Positions 1-14,595 of a stretch of DNA of 64,000 nt are shown piece by piece. The stretch spans positions 58,404,001 through 58,468,000 of the forward strand of contig NC_043008.1 of assembly GCF_006345805.1 (NCBI RefSeq). Reading direction: 5' to 3'. The notes under the pieces were generated by a model. That model worked only from the letters and a program-made list of their open reading frames with translations. It was not told the DNA's origin and ran no database searches. Within the stretch, counting starts at the first letter, position 1. Every line of letters starts with the position of its first letter. The stretch comes from Octopus sinensis. Taxonomy: Eukaryota. Both the position numbers and the translations under genes were made by a program.

Positions 1-189
1 ATTCAATTCACTGGCGCAGCAGTTGAATACCAAAGAAAAAGAGGTGTAAATACAAATACAAATATTAAATTAATATAGAGAAATACAATTGACAAACTAA
101 CAATTTATTTTCATTATAATGTAATATAATATTGTATAAAAAATATAATATAATACAGCATAACAAATTAAAAACACGCACCATATAAT

Positions 190-268
190 GCCAACAATTT
201 ATTTCAACTTATATACATTAGTTGATTTATAAACAATTCCTGTCTATGTCTACAAATCTCTTCAGGGC
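190..268 (-). ncRNA. Hammerhead ribozyme-like motif with extra hairpin between helix II and GAAA
   Basis: Minus strand: GCC-CUGAAGA-GAUUUGUAGACA..UGUUUAUAAAUC (12-bp helix II incl. G-U)-AACU..AGUU hairpin-GAAA-UAAAUUGUU-GGC. Helix I is only 3 bp. Confidence 0.35.
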
Positions 269-894
269 TTTGGTTCAAAAGACAGACGAAATTCCATGTA
301 AAGGACTGTCAAATTGCAAAATACGCATGTCTATGAGCGTGAGCGTTAAAATTCAATTACATAAAAGAGTACAATAAAAGAGCAACAAAATTCAAATGGA
401 TAAAATAATTAAGTAAATAATATTTGCAACGGACATAAATTTTTATGTATATCTCCAATAATATCAATCGAAATGTATTTAAATTGAAAATAATCACTGG
501 CCATTTTAATAATATATAATATTATATAAATAAAAAGATTATCAGAATTTTACAGACGGAAATAAAATATGCTAATCCAAAATTTTTATTCTATCAATAC
601 ATATGCGTATACACGTTCAAATATGGATGATTGCTCAAGAAAAAAATTATATAATATAATGATATAATTGTATAATATAATGATAATATATAATAAATAC
701 TCACATTTATTTATTGTTATGATATGAATAATATTCTAAGTAACCACCAAGTAAAATATCCCAATTTACTTAGTTTATCAGAGGAAAATACTCCGTAAAT
801 AAAATAAACAAAAACAGAGAGCTAGGCTAATTATAGACTATATTTCTCAGATAAAGATAAAATAAAAAAATTAACTATAAATAGTGTACCATGT

Positions 895-934
<40 letters not shown>

Positions 935-941
<7 letters not shown>

Positions 942-1140
942 GAATTTACAAAAAAGCAAAAGACGAAGACGGGTGTGTAAACAACAAACAGATGTATTAG
1001 TATAACGCTCGGGAAGTGAGAAAGTCTTTTATGTTTCGAGCCTACGCTCTTCGACAGACAGGAACACAGAAATAAACAGGGTGAGAAAATAGAAAAAGGT
1101 TCAGTGGCTAGCGATCTTTCATGGTGAATGCCTGACAGAG
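935..1140 (-). mobile_element. Short dispersed repeat (TTTCGAGCCTACGCTCTTC family), probable Penelope-type terminal-repeat derivative
   Basis: Same ~200-bp sequence recurs at ~13620-13780, ~26255-26450 and inverted at ~56255-56430; it carries a hammerhead-like motif. Confidence 0.7.
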
Positions 1141-1184
1141 AGTTCACACAGGGGAGCTAAGAAGAAGGGGAGAATGAATATATG

Positions 1185-1400
1185 TGTGTACCGTGCGCGT
1201 GTGGGGATGTCTGTGCTTGTCTCCACAAAGCTAGAAAACAGGTGTTGGTTATGTTCCCGTAACTTAGCTGTTATATAATAAGTACCAGACTTAAAAAGAA
1301 GAATATGAAGAAATACAGGTGGTGATTTGTTCTACTAACCTCTTCAAGGCAGTGACCCAGCATGGCCGCAGTCTATTAACTGAAAGAAACAAAAGAGCTG
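1185..1400 (+). mobile_element. SINE-A, diverged 3' half
   Basis: cccgtaacttagc...ataagtacc...cagcatggccgcagtc...actgaaa tail matches the intact SINE-A copies. Confidence 0.65.
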
Positions 1401-2483
1401 AATGTGATATGGAGAAATGAGCTTTCTAAAAGTAGTTTTGAAATTGTTATATTAGTTGTTATAGTTGTAGACATTGTATTATATTTCCCCTACGCGACTT
1501 ACAACTCAAGCCAATACTGTTATTCCGTAATCACTATAGACTATTTCTTCTCCTCACTCGGAAGTTCATTATCGTGAACTATTGATCACGACCAGCAAAC
1601 ATGGTTACTTTCAAGAGGTTATGGTAATACAATACAGATATATTTATCTATACTTATTCCGATTTTCAGCCAATTATTAAACATGAATATTTTCCAGTCT
1701 ATTTTTGAACTAAAGTATCAATGAGGTTTAACTTTTAAACGTTTTGTACAAGAGAGAAGACGAACTTGGATTATTTTACAGTAACTTAAGCTACAATTAA
1801 CTTGTTATTTTCTTCTGCCAAAATATCTCACAATAATAAAAAAAAAGATTTTCTAAACTAAAACGTGTCCCAGTGCTATGGCGTTTATCCAATATTTAGA
1901 TGTGTTAACCACGTGATATATACAACGTAATTATCTTTAAACAGGCAGACAATGAGAACTATCTGAAGCGTAGTTATTGCTAGTTGAAAATTATATTTCA
2001 GATTTTCTTCACCAACGAGGTGAACTTAACACTGTAAGTTAGTAAAATATTTCAATTGCCAAACAGAAAATCAGTTACTATTATCTCCGTGTTGTATATT
2101 GTCTACTACGAAGCGATTTCTAAACAAAGCATAAAAGATCTATGTCATGTTTAATTCAATAGCTATTATCTTTGGCCTCTTCTTCACATTATTATTGCAG
2201 AAATACAAGAATGTCATATTGAGAGTAATAGCTTAAATGTTCTTAGTATAACTACTTTGCTAAATCTATACACACAACTATATTAACAACTGTATACACA
2301 CAAATACACATAAATGCACACAGACATATGTAATTTACTTAACACGTCCAGGTAATTTTCGAAAACATTAGAGTTGGTGATGAATGGGTTACTATAAATG
2401 CTGCTCGCTTCCTCATTGATCATGTTAACGCCATCAACATTCTATTATCACAATTATAACGAATCAACGAAGGGTAATCTAGG

Positions 2484-2645
2484 TGGCACAGGCATGGCTG
2501 TGTGGTTAAGACGTTCACTTTGTAACCATGTGATTTCGGGTGCAATCCCCATGTACGGCACATCGGACAAGTGTCTTCTACTATTGCCCCGGGCCGCTCA
2601 ATGCTTTGTTAGTAAATCTGAGAGATGGAAAGTGTGTTGAAGTTT
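2484..2645 (+). mobile_element. SINE-A, diverged 5' half
   Basis: A-box tggctgtgtgg, degenerate B-box, then caagtgtcttctactat..gggccg as in SINE-A. Confidence 0.65.
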
Positions 2646-2709
2646 TTCACACACACACACACACACACATACACATATATACATGTTTAAGAATGTGTTC
2701 CTTTATGTT

Positions 2710-2873
2710 TCGTATTTCTTTATTGCCCATAAGGGGCTAAACACAGGGGACAAGCAAGGACAGACACACGGATTAAGTCGATTATATCGACCCCAGTGCA
2801 TAACTGGTACTTATTTAATCGACCGCGAAAGGATGAAAGGCAAAGTAGACCTCGGCGGAATTTGAACTCAGAA
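2710..2873 (-). mobile_element. SINE-B fragment
   Basis: gaaaggatgaaaggcaaagtagacctcggcggaatttgaactcag is the reverse complement of the SINE-B core; the variant tail also occurs at ~13130-13185. Confidence 0.75.
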
Positions 2874-4516
2874 TTGACTGGATCTCTTACTGAACTACTT
2901 CATTAGCGTGAACATTGTTTATGAATGTTCAATGTTCAATGGACACGAGCACACTCAACGTAATTCTCAAGTACAATCAACATATGACACGTTTGGGATT
3001 TTAAATTACAGATACGAGCCATTTGAAGCGCTTCCACAGAGTGTCTATTAACTAAATTTGACACTCAATACACCAATAAAAACATAAATCTAATGTGTAA
3101 CGGATGACATAAATGATAATCAACGGACACATTTTATAATAAAATACTCAACGAATCTGCTGTTTACAGAAGTGAAAATAATCTTATACTGCTTACACTG
3201 GTATAATGTTACCTCGTTGTGACTTTTCTATTAATTTTTCCATAGACTGATGAACCTTCCAGTGTAGTAACCTCTGTTAAGACATATAAACATGGTGTCC
3301 GTTTCTTTCCCAAGTGCATCGATTCTTTAGTGAGAAAATATGTTAGTCATAATACCTTTTATTCCAATGATTTTTTCCTCGAACCGTTGTTGTCTGGAAC
3401 TCATCACAATTATCTTGTTTTTCTCTAGTACATGATATTCAGTCACTTAAACTTTTGAATATTTTAAGCATCTTCTTTTCATTCTTGGCTGTCCATTTCT
3501 CTACCATGGCCTCAAATATTCTTAGGGACACAATCATAATAAACATCCCCGAAAGGAAACATTATATCTTGCACTTATATATCTGGAATTGTACCTTGAG
3601 TTTCATAGAAGTCTAACGAAAGAAGTTTCATTCATAAATCACTTAACTAATGTTTCGTTACTAGTAATGTCTTTAAGATATCCCACCCAACACGCAACTT
3701 ATTAAAATGTTTAATCTTCTTACAAAACTGGAGATGATTTTGAGTGTCTTTCAGTGATTTCATTGGTTTCTTTTGCAACTATATTGAAGTTTTTCTGCAA
3801 TCAAAATCTTACTCTTTTAGTCTTGCATCTTTCAATTACTGGCACCTATGACAGTATGGCATTGCTAAAGATTACGAACGATCAATTTGAAGACGAAGAC
3901 AATCAATTTGAAGATCTGTTTATCGGAAGATGTCGGCCTAAGCTGTCAGATTCCTTTCTTTCTTCGTCTGATGAAATAAAGACAATGTTTTCTGAGCAGC
4001 ATCATCAGCTATATTTAGATAAGTTGATATCTTCTGAAGATGACTCCAATGCAACATAATGCAACAATTTTAGCTCATTATTTTATGACAATTTCATAAA
4101 TACTGAAGCACTAATCTTGCAGTATCAAAAATATCAAATACAAGATGAAATCTTTTTTAAATACGCCATTATTTTCAAAGTACGTGATGTTACTTGCAAA
4201 TATCTATACGATCTTTAGGTTTTATCTTTACACCAAAACATTTAGGAATAAAAAAAAAAGGTCTAACGACAACCGTGCACTGGGTTCTCCGTACAACCTG
4301 GAAGCAATATTAAAAATTCAAGCTGCTTCATCTGATGCAGGCATTCCTGCACAAATATCAAATTAAGGAATAGAAAAGGTAATGAAAAAAAGGAAAATTC
4401 TTAAAACTCCCAACTGTATAGCTACTGCAGTGATGTAGTACTAAAAGCTAGCTTGAATGGTTAATATGTTACACTCCATATTCAAAAGAATATAGAAAAC
4501 AGAAAAGAAACTAAAC

Positions 4517-4823
4517 GCAGCTTGCTAACCAACCACATGGTTCCGGGTTCAGTCCCTCTGCGTGGCACCTTGGGTAAGTGTCTTCTACTAAATCCAAAGC
4601 CTTGTGGGTGGATTTGGTAGACGGAAACTGAAAGAAGCCCGTCGTATATATGTATATGTATATATATATGTGTGTGTTTGTGTGTCTGTATTTGTCCCCC
4701 CCCACCCAAATCGCTTGACAACCGATGTTGGTGTTTTCACGTCCCCGTAACTTAGCGGTTCGGCAAAAGTGACCGATAAAATAAGTACTAGGCTTACAAA
4801 GAATAAGTCCTTGTGTCGATTTG
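4517..4823 (+). mobile_element. SINE-A (tRNA-derived), truncated at both ends
   Basis: ggttccgggttcagtccc B-box, ggtagacggaaactgaaagaagcccgtcg core and internal (TA/TG)n. Confidence 0.9.
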
Positions 4824-5229
4824 TGTGTGTGTGTGTGTGTGTGTATACTTGTCGGAATAAATTTAGAGCATTGATTGTATGGACATATTCAGTGTCAGCC
4901 TCAACTTACGACGCCAAACATTATCACTTGATACTAACACACGGACGTAGTGGGGAACCTACAAAAATTTCTAAGACTATGTATATGATTACATATTATA
5001 ATTTATTATTTGCTCTGGGTATCAAGTATTTTTTCCACTTTGATAACCGCTATTTAAACATTTAGACGCAACATGTAATGCAAATTGTGTGTGAAAATAC
5101 ATGGCAGGAACAATAAGATTGTGCCATCTATCAAAGAAAAGAACGCAGTGTATGAGTCTGAAGTACACATCAAGTCACATCTGGTTGTATGACACTAAAT
5201 GGATTGGAGGACATGAAAAGATGACTTAC

Positions 5230-5745
5230 ACTAAGGCACGACCTGGAACAGGTGAGATATCAATCATTTTGTGGAGTTAGTGTACGAAGTCAGTGTAAAA
5301 TATATTTTTCCAATCGCATCATACGCATCGGAAACCTGGGAGCTAAACTCTGAAGATATACACAGATTAGGATTCTAAATGCTGTGATTACGGAGTACAA
5401 TTAAGTATAATCATAATAATTTGGATAATTATACTAAATATAATTTAGAAAGTGGCGTAGTTTCCCTAAGAAAAGCTAAAATGGCATACATAATTAACGA
5501 GTTAATCTGAAGAAACTTAGATGGTTGAACTATGTATTATGAAGACCAGCAAATAACTTCGCAGTGCAGGCATTCTATCGTGACTTCCCAAACCTAAGAG
5601 GACATGGAAGACAACAGAAAAAATGGGCTTCTCAGATTCTTGAAGAAACAGGTCTACAGATCGGAGTGGGTGATGATGGTTCAGTTTGAGGGACATAGGT
5701 CAGGGGTGGACTGTGCATAGAATTTAAAGTAAATGATAATGATAA
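5230..5745 (+). mobile_element. Decayed RTE-type LINE, 3' part of ORF
   Basis: Manual translation YASETWELNSEDIHRL ... KKLRWLNYVL*RPANNF ... RGHGRQQKKWASQILEETG resembles the RTE C-terminus (YGxETW, RLRWFGHV, RGRPxxxW); stops are present. Confidence 0.7.
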
Positions 5746-5795
5746 AAATATGGAATTCCCTATCTTTATTCAAACCGGCTCTAATAATACATACA

Positions 5796-6518
<723 letters not shown>

Positions 6519-6542
6519 GGGCAAGACTGATGCAAATTTCAG

Positions 6543-6608
6543 TGGCACTGAACCCGGAAGCATGTGCTTCGGAAGCAAGCTTCTTACCACACAGCCACCC
6601 CTGCGCCT
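6543..6608 (-). mobile_element. SINE-A head fragment
   Basis: cttaccacacagccacccctgcgcc is the reverse complement of the SINE-A 5' end. Confidence 0.75.
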
Positions 6609-6744
6609 CTGTTTATAAGTCTATATATATATATATTTTAAGTGGTTTATAAACACCTCCCACTCTGCAATTGTTTTTGTTTTGGTATATATATACTTAG
6701 GGATATAACGTGTGATATGTAATCGTATGCGTATAACATGTTGT

Positions 6745-6809
<65 letters not shown>

Positions 6810-7057
6810 TAAGGTAGAATGAGGTATTTTTATCTATTGGCTGAAACAGCTGTAAGTTATTTTCCCAATTTATATTCATGTTTTTATAATAATTACTGGT
6901 ATATTTTATATATTACTATATTTTATATCTTATATGTAAAGAATATGTTATATGTATGTATATTATTGTAATTATCAGTTTAGTAAAGAGATAAATAAGT
7001 TAACATAATATAATGTACATACATACATACATATATTTATGAATATATATATATATT

Positions 7058-7114
<57 letters not shown>

Positions 7115-7892
7115 GTGTGTGTGTCTATATATCATTAATATTTTGTATAGACCTGTATATAACATATTAATGTACATATTTATAACATTAATATACCCAT
7201 TCATCTATCTATGTACGCGCATACATGCTTCTATATGTTTACATGTATGTGTATATGTAGATATATACATATAGACATACATACATATAAATATGCGTAT
7301 ATATATATATGCATATAAATATATACATACATACATATATACATACATACATACATACATACATACATACATACATACATACATACATTCATACATACAT
7401 ACATACATACATACACAGATACATATATACGTATATATATGTATATGTATGATGTCATTCCATTTCAAAGCTGACACCAATTAATTATTGAATGTTGACA
7501 AAAGTTCAATAGAATGATGTCTACGAAGAGTTGTGAGGAAAATAATAAATGGATTTTTTTATGATCGCTGATTATATTAGATGGCAGCTGCAAATATTAA
7601 ACTTCTGAATGATACGAAACGAATTATAACACAATTATACTAGTTTGCAAACTGATGCTCTTATACAAACACACACAAACAGAGATTCATATACGTAGGT
7701 ACATATGTACATATGTGTATATTTGGTTTATTTACATATGTATTTATTTACGCATGCCTTCCTCTTCTTCAATACTTGGGAGTTCGCTTGACATCTCCTG
7801 GACAATCTCCATCTGTGTATATATAGGTATACATGTGTTTGTGTGTCTGTGTGTGCGGTGGGTCGTTGTATATGTATGTACGCATTCCGTAT

Positions 7893-8150
7893 GTCGCCTT
7901 GACCGACCAGGCTATCAGATGTTGCTACAAATCGCTGGTCACAATGCGTTTCGCATTGTTTTAGCCTTCAAATGACGCTACCCCGCTGGCTAAGCGGGCA
8001 GGCCAACAGAAGAAAGAGTGAGAGAAAGTTGTGGCGAAAGAGTACAGCAGGGATCGCCACCTGCCGAAGTCTCGTGGAGCTTTAGGTGTTTTCGTTCAAT
8101 ATATATAAACACTCACAACGCCCGGTCTAGGAATCGAAACCGCGATCCTA
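7893..8150 (-). mobile_element. SINE-C variant with alternative 3' tail
   Basis: Core (cacaacgcccggtct..gaatcgaaaccgcga; gagtacagcagggatc) is shared with 15027-15405, but the distal tail is unrelated. Confidence 0.8.
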
Positions 8151-8269
8151 TACATATATTCTATTGTTTCTGGGGAGAGCCATTTAACACACTCACTGGT
8201 AAAATTTCCCCTTATTTCTTATTTCTACTTTCCTAAAATTTTCGTTGTATGTATATTCATATGTATATA

Positions 8270-8322
<53 letters not shown>

Positions 8323-8999
8323 CATACATACATACATACATACATACATCATACATACATACATACATGCATGCATACATACATACATACATACATACAT
8401 ACATACATGCATGCATGCATACATACACTCATACATACATACATACATACATACATACATACATACATACATACATGAGGAAGATAGATAGGCGCAGATG
8501 CAAATACGTACGTACAGATATGCAGATGTAAAAGGTCGAATATATTGTGTTTTGAAGGAGCTTAGTTCGCAAATGTTCACTTTTCTTGTTTTACAAGTAA
8601 ACGAAACACATTTTACTCATCAACTTCGCGTCATTCATAACGGATTTTTAAAAATATATTTTCGTCGACGTGATATTTTGCTCAAATGTTCATGGTTTTA
8701 TTCGATAACAACAGCACCACCAATAATGATATCTATATTTGTAGACTTGTAGGATATCATAGATTTGACTTTTCCTCTCATTTCATCTGGTCTTCGTAAT
8801 TAGACCAAGATGTAATACAGGGCTATGCAAAATTTTTGTGGAGCTCATTCTATCGGCTATATTAAGTGGATAAAAATATAGTGAAACGAATATAACGCAA
8901 AATTAAGCGATTTGTAGCTAAATATCTGCAGTGATATGCATTTTTTGTTCTCGAAAAATGGTGTCTGTTACACATACAAATGAAAATATCGGACTCCTG

Positions 9000-10900
9000 T
9001 AACGCTTGACTACCAGCTAACAACTAGGAGACCGCCAAGAATGCAAACAAACTGACGTGGTCCTCACAACTCTATCGGTTAGGTATCTCCGTAATCTCCT
9101 CCGATAGAAACGACAATGGAATTTATATATATTTAGAAAACATTATACGACCGCAATTTGTAGATGATTTACGTAGCTCCACTGTATTCTTGTTAATGAT
9201 AGATATCGTTTGATGAAAGTGGCAAAAGTTGAAAAAAAATAAAATAAAGATAAAATAACCCTCCTCATGGTAAAAAGTTATTGATAATATCCCTGAAAAC
9301 TGTATAGAAAGGCTTGACGCTTGTATTGCAATATCAGTAATATCAAATCTGCCTGTATTCAGTTGCCGTTGCTCTAAAGGAACCCATAAGAAATATTCTC
9401 AGAACAAGCTACAATGAAATTACATCATAAGCAATCTGGTTGGCTAACGAGAGTAGCGGGAAACATAAAGGATTTTCGTCGCAGAATAGACAGTAAAAAG
9501 CTATATGAAGTAGATGACATGCTAATTTTACTGCACACTGGCGACATCTAGGGATTTTAATTAAAAAGCACGGAGTTTTGAATCTCGAGGTAAAATTTAT
9601 AATTCTGAAGCATGGCCTCAAGACCCAGACTGTAAAACACCCAACGGAAAAATTACTACAACGATCCATTATGAGATAAAAATTTACTTTTTATTTACGA
9701 GATGTATGCGGGAAGATAAGTGGGTGAGAAAAAATATCGTTGTTAAAAGAAACCTTTCGTTAGAAGACTCTAGAATCATTCTGGTCTACGATCTCAAACG
9801 AAAGTAAAGGCTTTTATCATAATGCAACGTGGTTACACAAAATAAACCAAGAATACTGTAGTAATGCCAAGAGTAAATCCTATACGGTCAACTTAGAAGT
9901 TTTCACGAAAGCTCTAGGACAGTTACATAATGGAAAGTTGTCAAAAGACACTTTACAGTTGGCTATTGGTACAAGACATTGACTTTCCTAGAAAGCCACT
10001 TATAAAAAGATACACACCATGGAAAGCCAGATTTGTATACCAAACCGAATTGCAATAGCATGAGCACAGCTTCTTGTCAAGAACGAAAACACTGTCTTGG
10101 CGGAGAGCTGTAGGCCCTGGCTTAGCGTTATCTAAATACTGTACAAAAACTGCCTGAGCCAATTCCTTCAAGACACGAGTCTAACGACGTAGCAACTGAT
10201 TAACTGTCAGATGGCAAGAAAGGAGTGTGGGGAGGCGCCGAATACATTTTGGTAACTTAAGTTATCCTGTAAGAAAACACCGTAGAAATCTTGTAACAGT
10301 ACGGTTTGTGTTCAGAAAGACGTTTGATTCCTTTCGCTACTGAAATCACTGCAGCTGACAATAGTATTTGCTACTTCAAATGATTTTATTAAAAGGCTCA
10401 CGAAGGCGTCGTCACTAGTTTTCATACTCGTAACGGAAAGTGGAAGTTTTATGTTATAAATATTTTAAAGAGATATTTCCAGGTCACAGTCTGTATATGC
10501 TCGAGTTTATTTTATTTTTTTTAGCTATGCTTCAGTTTATTTTCGCTGTCATTCTTGTACGAAAATCTACTGGATATATCTACAGTCTACAACAGCAAGA
10601 AAAACTAATGTAGCATGCAACTTCTTTGCTGACGATATAAAAATATACCCTCGAGATATGTATGGTGAAAAAGAGCTGAATTTGAACACAAAATTTCTCA
10701 CTGATACAGGAACGATGTTCGGCCTAAAAACAATGTTCATATTTAACATATGAACCCGAATAAACTTCCCCGAAACCAAACCCATTGCATAAATAGGATC
10801 TCTGTTTCGCCTGTTCCACGAAACAGGTACTCTATACTTGTGAACATCAGCAAGAATCAGTGAGAAGAACTATGTTTACGGATGACTGCATCGAAACCCG
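9000..10900 (+). mobile_element. Decayed R4/Dong-like non-LTR retrotransposon reverse transcriptase
   Basis: Frameshifted motifs in the expected order: FWSTISNE (~9780), VGYWYKTL (~9960), LLVKNENT..ESCRP (~10070), RKHRRNLVTVRFVFRKTFDSF (~10280-10335), IFPGHSL (~10475), NFFADDIKIY..TDTGTMFGL (~10620-10730). 5' limit approximate. Confidence 0.75.
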
Positions 10901-12007
10901 TAGCACATGTGCCCTGATTGAAACTTTACAATTACACAAATAATAACTAGTGCTTTCAGTATGTGATGCATTTTTATTTATTTAAAAAAAAATCTATTCA
11001 AGAATTTAAGCAAAGAACGGTTTGTCCTTTTATCTTAACCATAATAATTTAGCCTTAATTTTATTATTAAACAGCTGTAATTCCCTATCTTTCTTATTTA
11101 GATTTGGTAACAGTTATAATTACTAGTAGGATTTATATTCCGTTTCTGGTTACTCAAGAAAATTTTAATTGAACATTTCTTGCTTTCAGTATTCAACATA
11201 CATAAAGGGACGCTATATATATTCACTAAAACGCATACATAGATACACACATACATGTATATGTGTGGGTGTGTATGAATATATATACGTATATATATAT
11301 ATATGTATATGCATGTATATGTATGTGTGTGAATGTGTCTGCACATATATATATATACATACATAGAATATTTTTATACAAATATACATATGTATATATG
11401 TATATATATATATATATATAACTATACAGATATAGTAATGTACTAAATATGAGAATAACACAGCTCACAAACACAGACAATATACACATACACACACATA
11501 CACACACATGCAGACACACACACTCACACACACACACAAACACATACACTCAGGCGGTAAGTTCGTATATAACGGGATATGAAAACTTCTAGATCAGATA
11601 GATTGTAAGTGGTCAAGTTTATATAGCAGAAATACAGATAGTGGAAATAAAGATATAAAAACTCATAGGAAATAGCATGAGTCAACTTTTTATTGAAGTA
11701 GCTTAAAGTTCTGGCATATATAAATAAACACACGGGAGAGACACAGGATGGTAATGGAAAATAAAGCAAAGTGAAGTTGACATGAAAGTAGAATGCTTAT
11801 AGAAATGTTTTTATTGGAATACGAAGACAGCAATACCATCGAATTAATGTATTGAATTCATCGATGATAAGACTAACTCTCAAGTAGGATTAAACACACA
11901 CACACACACATATATATATATAGGCATATATATGTGTATACCCACACATACCCACATATGCATATATATATACATACATACATACATACATATATATATA
12001 ATATATA

Positions 12008-12038
<31 letters not shown>

Positions 12039-12213
12039 AATATATAATATATATATTATGTATGTATATATGTATATATATTTACATATATATAGATATA
12101 CTGATATTTCTACGTTTGTATATTAATATACAAAAAATATTCGCACACACAGACACACACTCACATATATACATACATACATACATTCATACATACATAC
12201 ATACATACATATA

Positions 12214-12246
<33 letters not shown>

Positions 12247-12255
12247 ATATATATA

Positions 12256-12295
<40 letters not shown>

Positions 12296-12472
12296 AAATA
12301 TGTTCTTATGTATGTAATATATATACATGGATCTATATGTATAAGTATATAAGCGTAAATATATATGTTTATAAATATATATATACATTGACATATACAT
12401 ACATACATACATACATACATAAATACATAAATACATACATACATACGTACATACATATATATACATGTATAT

Positions 12473-12891
12473 TACTCTTTTACTCTTTTACTTGTTTCAG
12501 TCATCTGACTGCGGCCATGCTGGAGCACCGCCTTTAGTCGAGTAAATCGACCCCAGGACTTATTCTTTGTAAGCCTAGTAGTTATTCTATCGGTCTCTTT
12601 TGCCGAACCGGGTACGTAAACACACCAGCATCGGTTGTCAAGCGATGTTAAGGGGGACAAACACAGACACACAAACACACACACCAAACACCACACACAC
12701 ACACATACACACACACACACACACACATATATATAATATATACGACGGGCTTCGTTCCGTTTCCGTCTGCTAAATCCATTCACCAGGCTTTGGTCGGTCC
12801 GAGGCTATAGTAAAAAACAGTTGCCCAAGGTGCCACACAGTGGCCCCGAACCCAGAACCATGTGGTTCGTAAGCAAGCTACTTACCACACA
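12473..12891 (-). mobile_element. SINE-A, near full length
   Basis: Reverse complement of head, core and GGCGGTGCTCCAGCATGGCCGCAG..GAAACAAGTAAAAGAGTAAAAGAG tail. Confidence 0.92.
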
Positions 12892-12944
12892 ATGCATACA
12901 CATACACACACAAATATACACGCACAAACACACACACACACGCA

Positions 12945-13007
<63 letters not shown>

Positions 13008-13847
13008 TAGATACCTAGGTATTTTGACAATCGAATAGCAGAACAAGTGGAATCTAATGTAAAACACATTCCGAAATCCTTCCACTCCGTTAAGGAGCAT
13101 CTAACAAAACTCCTCTTAATATTCGCCGATTCTTATTTCTAAACATAGAGGGGACAAACAAGGTCAGACAAACGGATTAAGTCGTTGGAGAAGCAACGCG
13201 TGAGAAGCAGCAGGGAAAAAGAATGGAACTTTCATATTCCATACTTCTGTTAGCTTTCTCTGCAATTCCATCACCATAAACAATATCCACTTATCTACCA
13301 CTCTTCACTAAAAATCTTCAACCTTCCACACATATCGCCACTACTATTCTTCTCACACTACACCCACAAAATCTATCTTGCATTCATTTCAATTCCTTCG
13401 CCCTCGACATCACTGCAACATTGATTCCGATTTCGAATCCCAATTCCAAAGTATGCTGCAGTTCTTTACCAATCGAGGGTAACGTAATAGATGAACACTG
13501 TCTCACTCTCTTTCTCTCTCTCTCTCTCTGTATATATATAGATATATATAAATATATATGTGTGTGGGTGTGTGTGTGTGTGTGTGTGTGTGGTGTGGTG
13601 TGTGTGTGTGTGTGTGTGTGTAGGGAGAATTTACGGGAAAAAAAAAACGAAACACGAGACAGGTGGTGTACAAAACAAACAGATGTTTAGTATAACGCTC
13701 AGGATTGAAAAAGTCTTTTACTTTCGAGCCTACGCTCTTCTACAGAAGGAGACAGAAAAAACAAGGAGAGAAAGAAAAAAAAAATATATATGTATTGGGT
13801 GTATATATATATATATTATATATATTATATTATATATATATATATAT

Positions 13848-14325
13848 GCGCGTGACCCAAGCGGCTAGGGTGTTGCATTTTCGCGTGTTGTGTTCTTGTG
13901 CAGTGGGACGTTATGATCTATGCGCTTGCGCGTTGTGTTTTTGCAATCTGGCTCTTTGTTTTCTTATGCAATAGTACGTTGTGCTCCCACAATCTGGCGC
14001 GTTATGTTCTTGTGCACTGATGCGTTGACTACTTGTGCACTGATGCGTTGAGTTCTTGTGCACTAGTGCGTTTTGTTCTGGCAACCTGGCGCGTTGATTT
14101 CTTGTGAAGTAGTGCGTTGTATTTTTGCAATCTGGTACGTTGTGTTCATTTTATGTTGCTTCAGTCCACTCAGCTGTTAGAGGGTAAGCCAGCTACGGAC
14201 TATCCTTCCGATCCGGAGGGAATGTTTTGCCTGCTGAACTTGCCCATGGGAGGATATCGTTCGAAAGCTAAAACCATGCAAAGAGCATTGTATTGCGATT
14301 AGCAATGTACAATAACATCCAATAG

Positions 14326-14330
<5 letters not shown>
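13848..14330 (+). mobile_element. SINE-D-like element with internal ~21-bp tandem array
   Basis: Head gcgcgtgacccaagcggctagggtgttg, then about a dozen degenerate gcgttgtgttcttgtgca units (~13875-14150), then tgcttcagtccactcagctg core as in 51155-51397. Confidence 0.55.
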
Positions 14331-14357
<27 letters not shown>

Positions 14358-14402
14358 CTATATATATACATATATACGAATATATATATATATATACATA
14401 TA

Positions 14403-14450
<48 letters not shown>

Positions 14451-14465
14451 TACATATATATATAT

Positions 14466-14577
<112 letters not shown>

Positions 14578-14595
14578 GAATATATATATATTCGT

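Noticed and set aside
3150-4060. Possible piggyBac-like transposase remnant on the minus strand, and the plus ORF 3754-4059
   Set aside because: Only vague acidic N-terminal and late-domain resemblance; no diagnostic motif could be recovered by eye.
13875-14150. CRISPR-like appearance of short repeats (also 28852-29186 and 57781-58087)
   Set aside because: Units are contiguous tandem repeats without unique spacers, in eukaryotic DNA with no cas genes.
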